In this document: in pieces, positions 1-12,858 of the stretch | Layout: each line of letters begins with the position of its first letter | How positions within the stretch are numbered: the stretch's first letter is position 1 | Assembly: GCF_011745625.1 (NCBI RefSeq) | Contig: NW_027191502.1 | Location: forward strand, 1 to 64,000 | DNA: 64,000 nucleotides | Direction: 5' to 3' | Origin: Cladosporium halotolerans | Taxonomy: Eukaryota | Made by a program: the position numbers and the translations under genes | The notes under the pieces: generated by a model | Database searches by the model: none | What the model saw: only the letters and a program-made list of their open reading frames with translations | Told to the model about the DNA's origin: nothing

Positions 1-1253
1 GCCCTCCCCCCTCCCCCCTCCCGTATCCCCACTACTCGCCTCACTGCCCGCCCCGCCGTCCACCCCCCACCTCAACGGCCTCGTACTCTCCGTCCTCGAA
101 CCCAGCGACCCCGCCCTCCCCGCCGTCTCCGTCTCCTCATACCTCACAGCCTTCAGCTCCGGCGAGCCCGCGCCCGACCCATCCTTTGCCGGCGCCGCAG
201 CAGCAGCACTCGCCCCGCTCCCCGGCCCCCCGCCCGCGGACCCAGACTGAACAGTCGAAAGCGCATAGCTCCCCTCGCCCTTGCCCCTCGTAAAACCAAG
301 CCCAAAGCCCGAATTAAAGCTCTCGGCGAACGCTTTGAGGGCGCTCAGCGTGGACGCCGCGAGCGCGTAGGCGAGCTGCGCTTCGGTCCAGATGACGACG
401 CGCGCGGCGTCGAAGCTGGGATCCGAGGTGGGGCGGGCGAGGCGCAGCGTGGCGGCGTTGCGGGCGAGGGAGAGCGCGAGGACGGGGGCGCGCAGGTAGA
501 AGGCTGTGAGGAGGATGAGTTTTTTGGAGCGCGGCATTTGCAGGGTCAGGACGAGGTGGGTGGGGAGGGCGAGGAGGGCGAGCTCGGTTGTGAGGTCGAG
601 GGCGGTGAGGATTTGGAAGCGGGTTGGCTGTTGGGGTGGGGTGGGTTAGTGTTAGTGTTTCTTTTGTGGAGGGAGGGGGATGGGAGGGTTTACTTGGGAT
701 GGGCAGCTGGTGCGGTTTAGGTGGAAGGCCCAGTAGAAGTTTGAGGCGGAGGGGCAGTCGATTGTTACGACGAGGATGGACATGATGCAGAAGATGATGG
801 CGAGGACGCTGCAGGTGAAGTAGCCGAGGAGTTGGCTTTTTTGCTTTGTGATACGGCCGAGGAAGGCGAGGACGCCGATCTTGGATGTGTATAGTGCGAT
901 GAGAAAGGTTACTATGCCGGCGATGGAGGCCTGTCTGTCGGTTAGCATTTCATCATCATATGCTGATCCCCCAATGTACTTACAGCATTGAGCTTCGACA
1001 TCGTGCCGTCGTCAGAAAGATCCTCCCATGGCTTGCCCAAGCCATCACGAATGGCAGCCCAACTAGTGCCTGTATGACCAATCGTGATCGTAGTAGCCAG
1101 AAAAACGACTCCATCGTCAATTCCGAAGGCCTTCCTCCGAATCCAGATCCTGATCGCAGCAATGCAGATCGTATAGGTCAAGCAAAGACTGACGGCAAGC
1201 TTAAGCGTGTCGACGTAGCCGACATGCGGTTTCACTTGAACCGCATCCGCCAT
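1..1253 (-). CDS. PTH11-like / fungal rhodopsin-domain integral membrane protein (3' end runs off window)
   Basis: Exons 1253-984, 930-694 and 627-<1, joined by GT-AG introns 983-931 and 693-628. Translation has multiple TM helices and family-like motifs (IRIWIRRKAFGIDD, GLGK, YTSKIGVL, DLTTELALLALP, LQMPRSKK). Confidence 0.8.
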
Positions 1254-2749
1254 GGCGTGATGTGATGTGAGTTCGCTTGCTATCCGCAGCTAGGAAGGGC
1301 AGAACCAAGGCTTGATAAGCCCGCGGGAAGACGAGTGATGCAACTCCGTGCACCTGGGCTAGAGGTGCAGGGAAGCAGGTGCAAGGGTATATCCGGTGAA
1401 TGAGGCGGCTAGCAAAGGCGGCTGAGTGCGTTGATGGGATGCGTGAGCTTAGCTTCACGGCGGAGTGAAGTGAACGATGGATTGCTTGATGTCGTCAATC
1501 GTTGGCTTTTGATGATTTGATTGCCGGCAAGAAGCCGGTGATCAGATGTTGTTCGTGTCCCTGGCAGAGGATGACCTCGCACAGATGGTCTGTTCATGCA
1601 GTTCATGGTTAGCAGCCGGAGCAGTGCGACAATGGTTTGCATAGGCAGTCTTTTGCCAAGGCCGCGCCTACGGCAGATTCGTAGAGACCTGAATGAAGGC
1701 ACAGAGTGAACGGGGACATGCAAAGCTGATGCTAGCTGATGGAAGCCCTCGTACCTTGCTTGCTCACCGGGCCGAGCGGTTCCGTATGCTCGCCAACGCC
1801 ACTTCTTGGTGATGTCGAGCTGTAGGCCAAGCTTGACAGCAGAGCAAGGATCTATATGTCGTGATCGGCCGCCGGATCTTCTTCTTTCCCCGGTTCGCAC
1901 AACCTTGGCAGCTGTTTGTAGTGCTCTCCAATAGGTGTACCGACAATACGGAGCGCTTCAGGTTCAGGCAGGCAATCGGTAGGGCCGTACGGGGATATTT
2001 GGCGGGGATACTCGGTGCGGTGGCGGAGCTGAGTGGTGGGCGTCTGACACAGTGTAACGTTTAAGTATGCACGATTACTGGCTGGTGCAGCTGTGTAACG
2101 GTGGATGTCGTGCAGAGTCCGGGGGTCAGGGTCGAGTGTAACGCTTAAAGCTAGGTTCTTACGCAAGGAGTGATGCAAGAGTCGGCAAGGCTGGATGATA
2201 GTCAATGACAGACTGCAGGTTCCCGGGACGGAGCTTCGATTGTTTGCGCTGTTTGCTGAATGCCGTTCGTTTACTGTAGATCTTTAGATATGTCAATGTG
2301 AAAGATCGATCAAGCGCGCAAACGGCGAGTGAGGGCAGAACATGCGATGGCTTGTGACAGATCTCAGACGCTCGCGCCATAAAGCCAGTGACCACTGCAT
2401 TAACCTGGAATGTTGCAAGGCGCATATTCACCCACTCCTTGAACGCTTCTGACAAGCCTCACTGCGTTACCGTATCACCGCACCGGTTGTAGTGCATCTC
2501 GATCGATTCGATAGTCCGGACACACATCAATTCGCTTAAGCGAAGTCTGGGCGTGGCGTGGCAGCCACTGCAAGCACATATTCACCAGGAACGCACCTTG
2601 TCAACCACGCTCTCTTGTGCGACAGGAGTTGTTGGTCGCTCGACTCCTTGCATCAGTGTAGAACAACACCCGCTGCTACCTCTTTCGTTGATTGTGACCT
2701 ACGATTTCGTCAAACGTATCGAAAGATTTGATCCACATCGTACAACAGT

Positions 2750-4729
2750 ATGTCACTTACCGCAGAAATGAAGCCAGAAAGGCCAGAGGACCACCGCTCG
2801 ATCGAAGAATTGCAAGAAGACAAGACCGCGGTTCAGCTGAAAGGCGGTACTTACGAAGATGAGCGCGAGATGCAGAGAATGGGAAAGACCCAAGAACTTC
2901 GAGTGAGGTCGCTCCTGTTTCCAGCGCCGATGTCATGCTAACATTGTCGCAGCGTAACTTCAAATTCATCGGTATCGTTGGTTTCGTGTCGATCCTGCAA
3001 TCAACATGGGAGAACACGCTATTGGCTAGCTTCTTTGGCTTGTTCAACGGAGGGCCTGCCGGGATAATCTACTGCACTATAGCAGTCTGGATCTTCATGA
3101 TGTGCATGATCGCTTCAATGTGGGTTTTTGAGTGAAGGCTGCCCCTTCATACAATAAGGATCGCTGACGTCTTCCAGGGGAGAGCTGGCGGCCATGGCTC
3201 CAACGGCCGGGGGTAAGTCACAGAACGTATCTAGTCCGAGTCATCCAATCACTGACAAGTGTAGCCCAGTATCATTTCATCAGCGAGTTCGCACCGCGGT
3301 CAATGCAGAAACCGCTCTCATACATCGTCGGCTGGCTATGCTGTCTCGGATGGATCTCCGGAATCCCAGCATGTGGACTTCAACTCGCGGGCATTATTGG
3401 CGAGATGGTCAACCTAACGCACCCTGACGCCGGCTACGGCCTGGCCTGGCAAGCGACTCTGGCAGTGTTCTTGTTCATTATACTCACGGTCTGCTTCAAT
3501 ATTTTCTTCGCGCAGCATCTGCCACTGGCTGAAGGCATCGTTCTGTTCCTGCACGTCTTCGGGTTCTTCGCATTCCTGCTGACGCTATGGATCATGGCTG
3601 ATCACGTTCCGGCAAAGGAGGTTTTCACCAATTTCCAGTAAGTGCCCTGTTCGACCATCCTGAAAGATATCGCTGACAAGATACAGCAATGGTGGAGGTT
3701 GGCCTAGTACTGGTTTAGCCTGCCTCATCGGCTTGTCGTCGCCAATTTGGTGTTTCATCGGCCCAGATGCGGGTGCCCATATGTCGGAAGAGCTCAAAGA
3801 TGCGTCGATTCAATTGCCCAAGGCGATGCTGTAAATCAGCCATTCCTGACGTATGGCCATGAATATTTGCTGACCAGCTTCAGGTGGGCGACTTTCGGAA
3901 ACGGTATCATGGGTATCACAATGATCATTACCTTCTGGTTAGTTTGTAGCCACAATGAGGGCCCACATGTTCACTCTACAACATATGCTGACACTCACCA
4001 GCTTCTGCATCACCGACCTTGACATCATCATCGGCGAGAAATCCACCGACTTTCCAATCATTGAGATCATCTACGGCGCCACAGGCTCGTACGCCGCGAC
4101 CTGCATCTTAGGAGGGCTACTTATCTTGCTGCTGTTCTTCTCAACAGTGACGACAGTCGCGAGCGCCTCGAGACAAGTCTGGTCTTTCAGTCGCGATCGT
4201 GGGCTGCCATTTTCTGCCTGGATCTGCCACGTGAGGCCGACGTGGGAAATTCCTGTCAACGCCGTGAGTGTCTAGCAGAAAACCCTGCTTGTGATGACCT
4301 CGCTGACATCTTTCGCAGCTGCTCGTCTGCCTCAGCGTGGCTCTGGTTCTATCAGCCATCAACTTCGGATCCAACGCCGCTCTCAACGCCATCCTCTCCG
4401 TCTCCAACGCAGCGCTGATCTTCTCGTACATCGCCTCCATCGGCAGCGTCCGACTGAAGCGTCTACGCGGCGAGCCTTTGCTCCCAAGTCGATTCTCACT
4501 GGGCAAATGGGGCGGACCCATCAACGACATCTCGCTGGCCTTCTTGCTCGTGGGTTTCGTCTTCTCATTCTTCCCCTTGGCTCCAGTTACCGGCGGACCA
4601 ACCTGGGCGTCAGACTTCAACTGGGCCATCATCATCTTCTCTGGGACATGCGTCTTGGCTGGGATTTGGTACGCAGTGGGCGGTGGGAGGACATATGTCG
4701 CGCCAGTGTCTCTTGTCAAGGAAGACTGA
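2750..4729 (+). CDS. Amino acid / choline / GABA permease (APC superfamily), multi-exon
   Basis: Spliced ORF pieces give QELR|RNFKFIGIVGF, ELAAMAPTAGAQYHFISEFAP, GPDAGAHMSEELKDAS, ASRQVWSFSRDRGLPFS, FSLGKWGGPIN and many TM segments. About 8 short GT-AG introns. Confidence 0.9.
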
Positions 4730-5315
4730 AATGTCTTAGCTCCTGGGTTGAGATCAAAGGCCAACTTCTGGATGATGCGAAATATATGGATAGACAAGTT
4801 GTGCTTGCGGCGGCACAAATGGAGCACAGGATTGTTGTCCTCGGGCCGGTGTTTTAAGGCATATCAATATTGTTTAGGATATGGAGGAGTTGAGGTGTGA
4901 TGGCCTGAGGTTGAATGGAAGCTGAAGTCGGGAGGCGCACTGGCCACAGCCAGACGACATCGACCTTCAGCTGCTGACGCGATTTGAGACAACTTCAAGA
5001 CAACAACGTGGGCCAATTGTCGACCGTTGCTGCAGCGATAATATACTTTCTTACAGGCAGAGCCTAGAGCTTGAGACTCTAATGAAGCAATATATGCCGA
5101 AGGCGTCTCTTCGGCGACTACCTGAGATGCCGCTTTGTCTTACACTGTCTCCGTGTTGCGGTTGGTAACGGCGTAGAGTCGTCAGGTAGGTTAGCAAGGT
5201 GTCTGTAAGACTCTCACTCTTTCGCCTTGCCGCAGAGGTTGGTACATAAATCATACTCTACCGTCTCTTCTCTAGAAGTCTCCAGTGTTGCTTTGGCACT
5301 CAGCTCCCCTTGAGA

Positions 5316-7941
5316 ATGCCAAAGCACTCTGCCGCTGTCTTCGCCCTGATATCCTCCTTCTCTGCTCTGTCAAGCGCTTTTCGCACCCCAGCACATCTCT
5401 CATCCCCTTCCCGACCCTACGACTACCGCGGATACCACCCTTCGCGCCAAGGAAGCGGTCATTTCGGCTCTCTGAACAACTCCATCATACCATGGGCACC
5501 TCTTGCGGCGCCTCTAGAAGACACGCCCATACTCTCGTCTGAAGCTGAGGACTGCACCGCGCACACTGATGGCGACAGTCCAAGCACCTTTTGGCTGGAA
5601 GAGATCGCCCACCAAGGCACGAGTCCGTTTCTGCAGGACAGCGCGGACTATGTCGTCTTTCGGAATGTGAAGGACTTCGGAGCCAAGGGCGATGGGAGCA
5701 CAGATGACAGTGCGGCCATCAACGCGGCGATTACTGGTACGTTGACTTCGAGTTGAAAGTTCTCCCGAGTACGGTTGAACTAATTTTCCACAGACGGCGG
5801 CCGGTGCAAAGGTGGCAACTGCGGCGGGACGACAGGCAAGCCAGCTCTTGTCTATATCCCGGCCGGAACATACTTGGTCTCTACGACCATCCAGCTATTG
5901 ATCAACACACAGATCATCGGAGACGCCATCAATTTTCCCACGCTCAAAGCTGCGAGCTCGATGGCGGCTGGCTCCACATTAGTCAACGGGAATGACGATG
6001 GCCAGCCCAGCACGAACAACTTCTACATCGGCATTAGGAATGTCAACATCGACACCACAGCCATTTCTTCTAGCCAGCAGATCTATGGGTTGAACTGGGC
6101 TGTCTCCCAAGCGACTAACCTGATCAATGTGCACTTTAAGATGCCCAGTGGAAGCGAGCATGTCGGTATCGAAATGGATGGAGGAGATACAGGCGGCGGC
6201 TCTGGCTTGTTCATGGGCGATCTGACCTTCAATGGAGGTAATGTTGGTATCCTATTCAGTAACCAGCAGTACGCTATTAGGAACGTGAGGTGAGTGATGC
6301 TGTCTTGATGCGAGCTTCCCTCATCAACTAAGCTGACGACTTGCAATAGCTTTACAGACGTTTCAACCGGCATTCTCATCCAGCATGCCTTCGTGCTCAC
6401 TTTGCAGCAAGTTAGGTGCAGCGGTGTGGGCATCTGCATCGACGCAGGCGGAGACGGGACTACAGGATCCCTCAGCCTGATCGACTCTTCATGCGAGGAT
6501 TGCGGAACGGTCGTCAATGGTTCTTCATCCTTTCTGCTTGAGAACATCGCCAGTGCAAGTTCTGGCTCGATGCTCAAAACCAACGGGCAGGACATACTAA
6601 CTGGTGATCTGGTCGGACAAACTTACGCAGTGGGCCACTTGTATGCAACGAACAACGGTACTGTTGACGACACTCAAGGGACGTACCTGGATCCTACCGA
6701 TCGTGGGAACCTGGTCGGGGAGGATGGGAAATACTTTACCAAGTCGCAACCTCAGTACGAAGACAGGGACGTCTCTTCGTTCTCCTCGGTCAAAGATCAC
6801 GGTGCTAAAGGTATGTCAGCACACTCCACCTGAAAACTCCGCCTAACACCATGCAGGCGACGGCCAAACAGACGACACAGCCGCCATCAACGCCGCCCTC
6901 CGCAGCAACGCCAACTGCGCCATCACCTACTTCCCGCACGGCGTCTACGTCGTAACCGACACCATCCACGTCCCGCCCGGCAGCCGCCTCGTCGGCGAGG
7001 TCTGGTCCGCCCTGACCGCCTCCGGCCCCCTCTTCTCCTCCGCCACCTCCCCGCGCCCCCTCCTCCGCATCGGCCACCCCAACGAAACCGGCACCGCCGA
7101 ACTCTCCGACCTCCTCCTCACCGTCTCCGACATCCTCCCCGGCACCATCCTCCTCGAAATCAACATGTCCGCCTCCCACCCCGGCTCCATCAGCCTGCAC
7201 AACACGCACACGCGCGTCGGCGGCGCCGCCGACACCCGCCTGCGCACCGCCTGCCAAAACCCCAACGCTCCCTGCGCCGCCGCCTTCCTGCACGCCCACC
7301 TCACGCCCACCTCCTCCTCGTACATCGAAAACGCCTGGCTCTGGACCGCCGACCACGACCTCGACGGCGCCCTCCCAACAACCCTCGCGACCGGCCGCGG
7401 CCTGCTCGTGTCCTCCCGCGGCCCCACCTGGCTCCTCGGCACGGGCTCCGAGCACAACGCCCTGTACGCGTTCCAGCTCGCGTCGGCGCAGAACGTCTTC
7501 GCGGCGCTCCTGCAGTGCGAGACGCCGTACTGGCAGCCTGCGCCGCGCGCGCCGGCGCCCTGGGTCCCTGACGCCGCGTGGGGGGATCCTGGGTTCGAGT
7601 GCGGGGCGCAGGGGGAGGGGTGCTACATGGCGTGGCAGATGAGGGTTTTGGGGGCGGAGACGGGGAGGGTGGGGGTTTATGGGATGGGGTTTTGGACGTT
7701 TTTTAGCAAGGGGAGCGGGGAGTGCGGCGGGGTTGATGGGACTTGTCAGGTTAGTTCGGTGGGGTTTGAGGGGGTGAGTGAGGGGATGGGGAGGAGCGGG
7801 GTGAGGTTGTTTAATTTGAATACGAGGGGGGTGGAGGATTTGGTGAGGTTGGGGGGCAGTGATGGGAAGGTGGGGGCGGCGCAGAGGGGGAGTTGGGGGA
7901 GTTGGGGTGGGGTTGTGGTTGCTTATTTGGGGTTTGAGTGA
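5316..7941 (+). CDS. Secreted GH55 exo-beta-1,3-glucanase (beta-helix)
   Basis: Signal peptide, two VKD(F/H)GAKGDGxTDD repeats, WAVSQAT, WLWTADHDLD, SEHN and QCETPYWQP (GH55 catalytic Glu region). Introns ~5737-5792, 6290-6349 and 6811-6856. Confidence 0.92.
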
Positions 7942-10392
7942 GAGACGGAGTAGTGGGATGTTTCTGTAGGGGATATACCAGTCTGGCTGGCTGTGTAGTG
8001 TACATTCTCGAAGGTGCATGATATGAGACGTTTGGAAGTCACGTGGTCCTGGAGTGAGAACCAACAACGTCCTACCATCCTGAGTTGCTCCCACCCGCGA
8101 GGTACTTACTCACTCTACGCTCTCTGCAACCGGCAATAATATCCAAATTAGTAAGCTACCACCCGATCCTCCAAGACAGCCCTTCAATCAACCCCTCCAC
8201 CCATCCATCCATTCACCCGTTACAAATCCCATCCCCTCACGCCACTCCACAACGCAACCCGATCCCATCCGACAAGTGAAGTCGAAACCTCACACGCCCA
8301 TTGGCTTCTCCCCTCCGTGGCTTACCATACCTGTACAGACGATATGTCCTCTCAGATCACAGCCTGCAGTACGTTCTGTGCTAGGGGAGGTACAGTACAC
8401 ACATAGACACTAGGAACGTGATCCACCCACACGACGCCGGACCGAACACCGCGCGCACAGGAGTGTGGAGTGCATGGATGGATGCGCGGGCGGGTGCTTG
8501 GTCTTGCCTTGATTTTGATAGCTTACTGGGCGTTTATTTATGTACAGGACATGTATGGGGATGGGAGCGGTGTGAGGTGGTTGGATTGATGCGGATCGAT
8601 AGTATCGGACTGTGGCTCCGGGTCCGGCGGAGCTGATGTCAATTCTATTCTGTCGGGACACGCGATTGAGGAACGCGTGAGGTAGCAAATGTGATACAGG
8701 CGTGTGGTACATGTTGTGGTACATGGTGGTACAGCATGTACCTGAGGGAAGCCACCCGCAGTCAGCCGGGAACTGACTTCCCGATAGCGGAAATTGAGAT
8801 GCCGTGTCCATCAAAATCCGCGAGGCAGTTGAGAGGCGACCGACCTCACGCGGTCAGAAGGTTCCGCGGGACGAACATTTGGCCTGTTGGTTTGCGGAGA
8901 CGGGAGGCGAGGCGACGCGCGCAAAAGACGGTGAAGAGCGAACTGGAGTCTGGGCCCGCGGGACTCGGTCTGGGGGAGTGGAGCAGTGGTGGGTGTGGAT
9001 TCTACCTGTAGGGACTATCGGATTTTGGGCAGGCACGTGAAAATAAGGCACTTCGGGGGTGGTATGGGCTGGGGGATGGTTTTATTGTGCCGAGGGCGGC
9101 GTTCAGATTGCACTGCTTTGCTCGACAGGTTCACACGAGATGTCCGGGCGCCTCTCATCGCGAACTGCTGCTGTGCCACTCGCTGGCTTGAAGCTAGATA
9201 ACGTGCAGAACTGGCTGGGTGGCGTGAAGATGGGGATCGTGGACGAGGAGGACGCCTGACGGGCCGTGCCTGGTGGCCGTGGCTCGTGCAGTGGAGATTG
9301 TTGATCGTGATCGGATAGTAGTGATGGTTCTGGTCGAGACAGCGCCCGGCTTGCTGAAACACACGGCAGCGAGTCATGGGCACGTGGGCGCGTGAATAGC
9401 ACAGATATAGGGAGAATGAGTATACATGGATGCAGTCAAAGACATGGGAGGCGGTGGAGGAGTGTCGGCGGAGGGAGTCGCAGCGCAAGACGAGCGCCCT
9501 TGACCCCACGCGCCGCTGCACACGCGTCCGAGTCACATTGGCCGGGCGAACCCCAAGGGCATCCGCAGTGCTGGTGGATCGGCGTGGCATCATCGTGTCG
9601 GCGGGCGTCCGTCTGCGCGTGCGCGGCTCGTCTGCTGTGCTGCCGGGCGTGAGAGCTGATGATCCGCCGCCTTCTGCCCTGCCCTGCCCTGCCTGAGCCT
9701 GCCTGAGTCTGCCAGTCCGCCCGCCCATCTCAGTAGCCGGTCGCGGTCGGTGGACAGCGGAGCACTCGCAAACCGTATGCACCGCTGCCAATCCGTGCTG
9801 TGTTGAATCGCCTGACTCCTTCCTCTCCGTCTCCCTCTCACTCACTCGCCCTCCCTCTCTCCGTACCACCGACGCACCCTCGTCGCTTCGTACAGGCACG
9901 ACACGAGCGCGGCCACGTGCATACCCGCTCGAGCACTTCCAGACTCGCTCAACCCACCGCGTCTGGCCAGCGGTTGTGGCTTGGCCGATCTGCTGCCGCT
10001 CTTCTTGTTCGCCCTGCTCTGCCCGCTCTACCTCTCACTTTTGCTTGCTTTTGCTGCTGCTGCTCGCCTGCGCTGTGCGCATATTCACGTCAATCGCCAC
10101 TAATCACCCCCAGCGCAGGCTTCACTCTCTGCAGACCTGTCGCATCTTTTTGACGCGGCCCTCACGTCACCCAGACCGCGACTCCGCTGTCGGCATACGA
10201 CCGAGCCGCATCAGACAGACCATCCGTCCGTACCTTACCTTACACTTTCGGGGTCCAGTCACCCTTTTTCACTTTAAACACTTCTCTACTGGCTGAGCCG
10301 ATCAATCCTCGGCTTGCACCGCACCACGCATGAGCCTTTCGATTCACACCTCTCTCCGGGCCCGCTGCCCTTGATCCTTCACCACCGCCATA

Positions 10393-12858
10393 ATGTCTTC
10401 CTCACAGCCGCCCAGGCGCTTCGCACCAGAACCCGTGGAGACCACCAGCAGATCTTCGAAAGAGAAGGACACAGCACAAGACGAGAAGCCCAAGGTTCGG
10501 CGATTCGCTCCCGAGCCGGTGGAGACGTCGTCCAAGAGCTCGAAGACAGCAAGGAAGGAGCCGGAAACAGGAGACCTTCACGATGTCAGGCCCAGACGAT
10601 TCCTTCCGCAGCCCGTGGAAATGTCGACCAAGAGCTCGCGCAAAAAGAATGAGCCAGAGACGGGAGACCTCTCACAGCCGAGGCCGCCGAGGAAGTTCGC
10701 CCCTCAGCCAGTTGAGACCACGACCAAGTCTTCCAAGAACAGGAAGTCTCAGCAGGATGATCAGGCGAAGCCCCGTCGATTTGCGCCTCAGCCGATCGAG
10801 ACTTCTTCGAGGTCGTCTCGCGGCAGCTCACCAGAGAAGGCAGACAAGCCTAAGCCGAAGAGCCGCTTCGCTCCGCAGCCTATCGAGACCAAGCAAAGTA
10901 GCAGCAAGGGCAGACAACAGCAGGGCGCACCGCACATCCAGTTCGACCTGCGAACGTTCGACACTCAAGGGAAGAGCAAGTCTAGGTTAGGAGAGCAGGT
11001 CGCACCGGAGGAGACAAGACCGGGTGAGGAGCCAAAGAAGGTCGTACGCAAGTTCGCACCTATTCTTCTAGATACCGCGCAGCGTTCTCGCCGCGCGAAC
11101 GAGGGCAACTCTGCACGGACAATAGCGAGTAGGACCGAGTATGGCCACAAACTTGCGGCCAAAGAGCACCGTCGACACATCACGGGGGACGTGACTCCTG
11201 CCGTGGAGTCGTCCGACAGCGACACAGAAATGGCCGACGCTGGCCACCTAGATCCCTCCAAGATCGACCAGTCGCTGAAACGGAGGCCCTTGTCACCTCT
11301 TGGCGGCGGACATGCGCCCAGCAGATTCACCGAGCGATCACACTCTTTCCGCCTGCCGGAGCTGGATACCATCGAGAGTTCAGAGAGCGAGCAAGCCTCA
11401 CAAGCATCCTCCCTGTCTTCTAGTCCGAACCAGGGCTCGCCGATCACCGCTTCAGACTCGTCTTATCCTTACCCGTACCCTGGGTTCAAAGATGCAACAC
11501 GCATCCGTGAGAGTGTTGATGAGAATTTCCACAACTATCTGCTCAAACTCGAAGCGAAACGGGCAGAGGAGAGGATGCGTGAAGCAGCGCTTGCGGCGTT
11601 CCCCAACTCTGACTTCCACGAGCCCGTCATGCACTACGTGGACGAGGAAGAGACGGAAAGCGAGCACAGCCTGGAGGACCGACCTTCGACATGGGAAGGT
11701 CACGAAGACGAGGAGGTTGTCAGCAAAGCACGAAGAGAAAGCACAAAGATGCCCTGGGAGCAGCTAGAGCTGCAGAGACACGCGGAGCGATTGGAACAAG
11801 AGCGTAAAGCCAACCAGACCACCGCAAAATCCAAACAAGGCACAAAACAGCCCAGTCACAACAGCGCATGGTGGAATCCGGCAATGACAGCCGGCATCGC
11901 CCAGGATAGAGACTTTAAAGGCATGCAGGACCGGGCTCGCCCCCCAATGCTCGGAGGCGACCTTCGCTTCCCTCGCTGCCGGTCTCCCTCGCCCGCACGC
12001 TTCGACGTGACCCAGGGCTCGACCGCCCTCCGCAACCAAATGTGCTACCTCACCGAACACGCCGACTCGCAGAAGAAAGAAGACGAGAACGACGAACCCG
12101 GCCTCTGGCAAAGCCCCAAAGCCCCCAAGCCCCACTTCACCAGCATCAAAACCCCCCAAGCCACCATGGGCAGCCCGAGCCGCGAAAGCAGCAACAAAAA
12201 GGGCCTCTGGGGCGGCTTCTGCGCCCAAGACGGCGCCCAACCCGCCGGCGCCCTCTCCCCGCCCCCAGGAGGCCACAGCGGGCTCATGACGCCCCGCTTC
12301 GAACCCGAATCCAACCCCTTCGACTCCTCCTTCTCCTCCAACAACAACGCAACCCCCTCCAACCGCACCACAATCGACGCCGCCGTCGGCCCCGAAGGCC
12401 CCATCATCCGCACCCCGCCCGCACCCCCCTCGCAAGGCGGCCCCTCCCCCGCCGCCCTAGACTCCATCCTCGTCACCGAGCACGACCTCGACGCCACAAT
12501 GGCCGCCTCCTACCCGGACTCCTTCATAACCCAAGTCTACAACTACCTCTCGCTCGGCTACCCGTCCCTCGCGCGCCCCTTCGACGCCGAGCTGTCCAAG
12601 ATCTCCCGCGTGCCCGTTTCCGTGCTGAGGCAAGACGACAAGCGCGCCCGCGACTCGCCGCGCGGGTATATCCGCCTGGGCGAGGATTTCGAGGGCGGTG
12701 GGGGAGAGGTCGGGCGCGAGGGCGAGTGCATGCGCTGGGTCGCGCTGAAGAGGTACGTGCGCGAGTGGGCGAGGCAGGAGAAGGGCATGGTCAGGAGCGA
12801 GGGAGGCGTGTGGGGGGGTTTGGGGGCTGGGGCGAGGAGGGGGAGTTGGGCTGGTTGA
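10393..12858 (+). CDS. Fungal hypothetical protein (821 aa) with N-terminal RRFAP(E/Q)P(V/I)ET repeats
   Basis: Long intronless ORF with good ATG context, about 7 repeats of R(R/K)FAPxPxET, and an ordered C-terminal block (FITQVYNYLSLGYPSLARPFDAELSKIS...CMRWVALKRYVREW). Confidence 0.8.
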   Translation: MSSSQPPRRFAPEPVETTSRSSKEKDTAQDEKPKVRRFAPEPVETSSKSSKTARKEPETGDLHDVRPRRFLPQPVEMSTKSSRKKNEPETGDLSQPRPPRKFAPQPVETTTKSSKNRKSQQDDQAKPRRFAPQPIETSSRSSRGSSPEKADKPKPKSRFAPQPIETKQSSSKGRQQQGAPHIQFDLRTFDTQGKSKSRLGEQVAPEETRPGEEPKKVVRKFAPILLDTAQRSRRANEGNSARTIASRTEYGHKLAAKEHRRHITGDVTPAVESSDSDTEMADAGHLDPSKIDQSLKRRPLSPLGGGHAPSRFTERSHSFRLPELDTIESSESEQASQASSLSSSPNQGSPITASDSSYPYPYPGFKDATRIRESVDENFHNYLLKLEAKRAEERMREAALAAFPNSDFHEPVMHYVDEEETESEHSLEDRPSTWEGHEDEEVVSKARRESTKMPWEQLELQRHAERLEQERKANQTTAKSKQGTKQPSHNSAWWNPAMTAGIAQDRDFKGMQDRARPPMLGGDLRFPRCRSPSPARFDVTQGSTALRNQMCYLTEHADSQKKEDENDEPGLWQSPKAPKPHFTSIKTPQATMGSPSRESSNKKGLWGGFCAQDGAQPAGALSPPPGGHSGLMTPRFEPESNPFDSSFSSNNNATPSNRTTIDAAVGPEGPIIRTPPAPPSQGGPSPAALDSILVTEHDLDATMAASYPDSFITQVYNYLSLGYPSLARPFDAELSKISRVPVSVLRQDDKRARDSPRGYIRLGEDFEGGGGEVGREGECMRWVALKRYVREWARQEKGMVRSEGGVWGGLGAGARRGSWAG

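Noticed and set aside
6805..8094. 429-aa minus-strand ORF
   Set aside because: By-product of the extreme C/G skew in the GH55 last exon; low-complexity translation.
9674..9713. (CTGCC)n / CCTGAG short repeats
   Set aside because: Ordinary promoter-region microsatellite.
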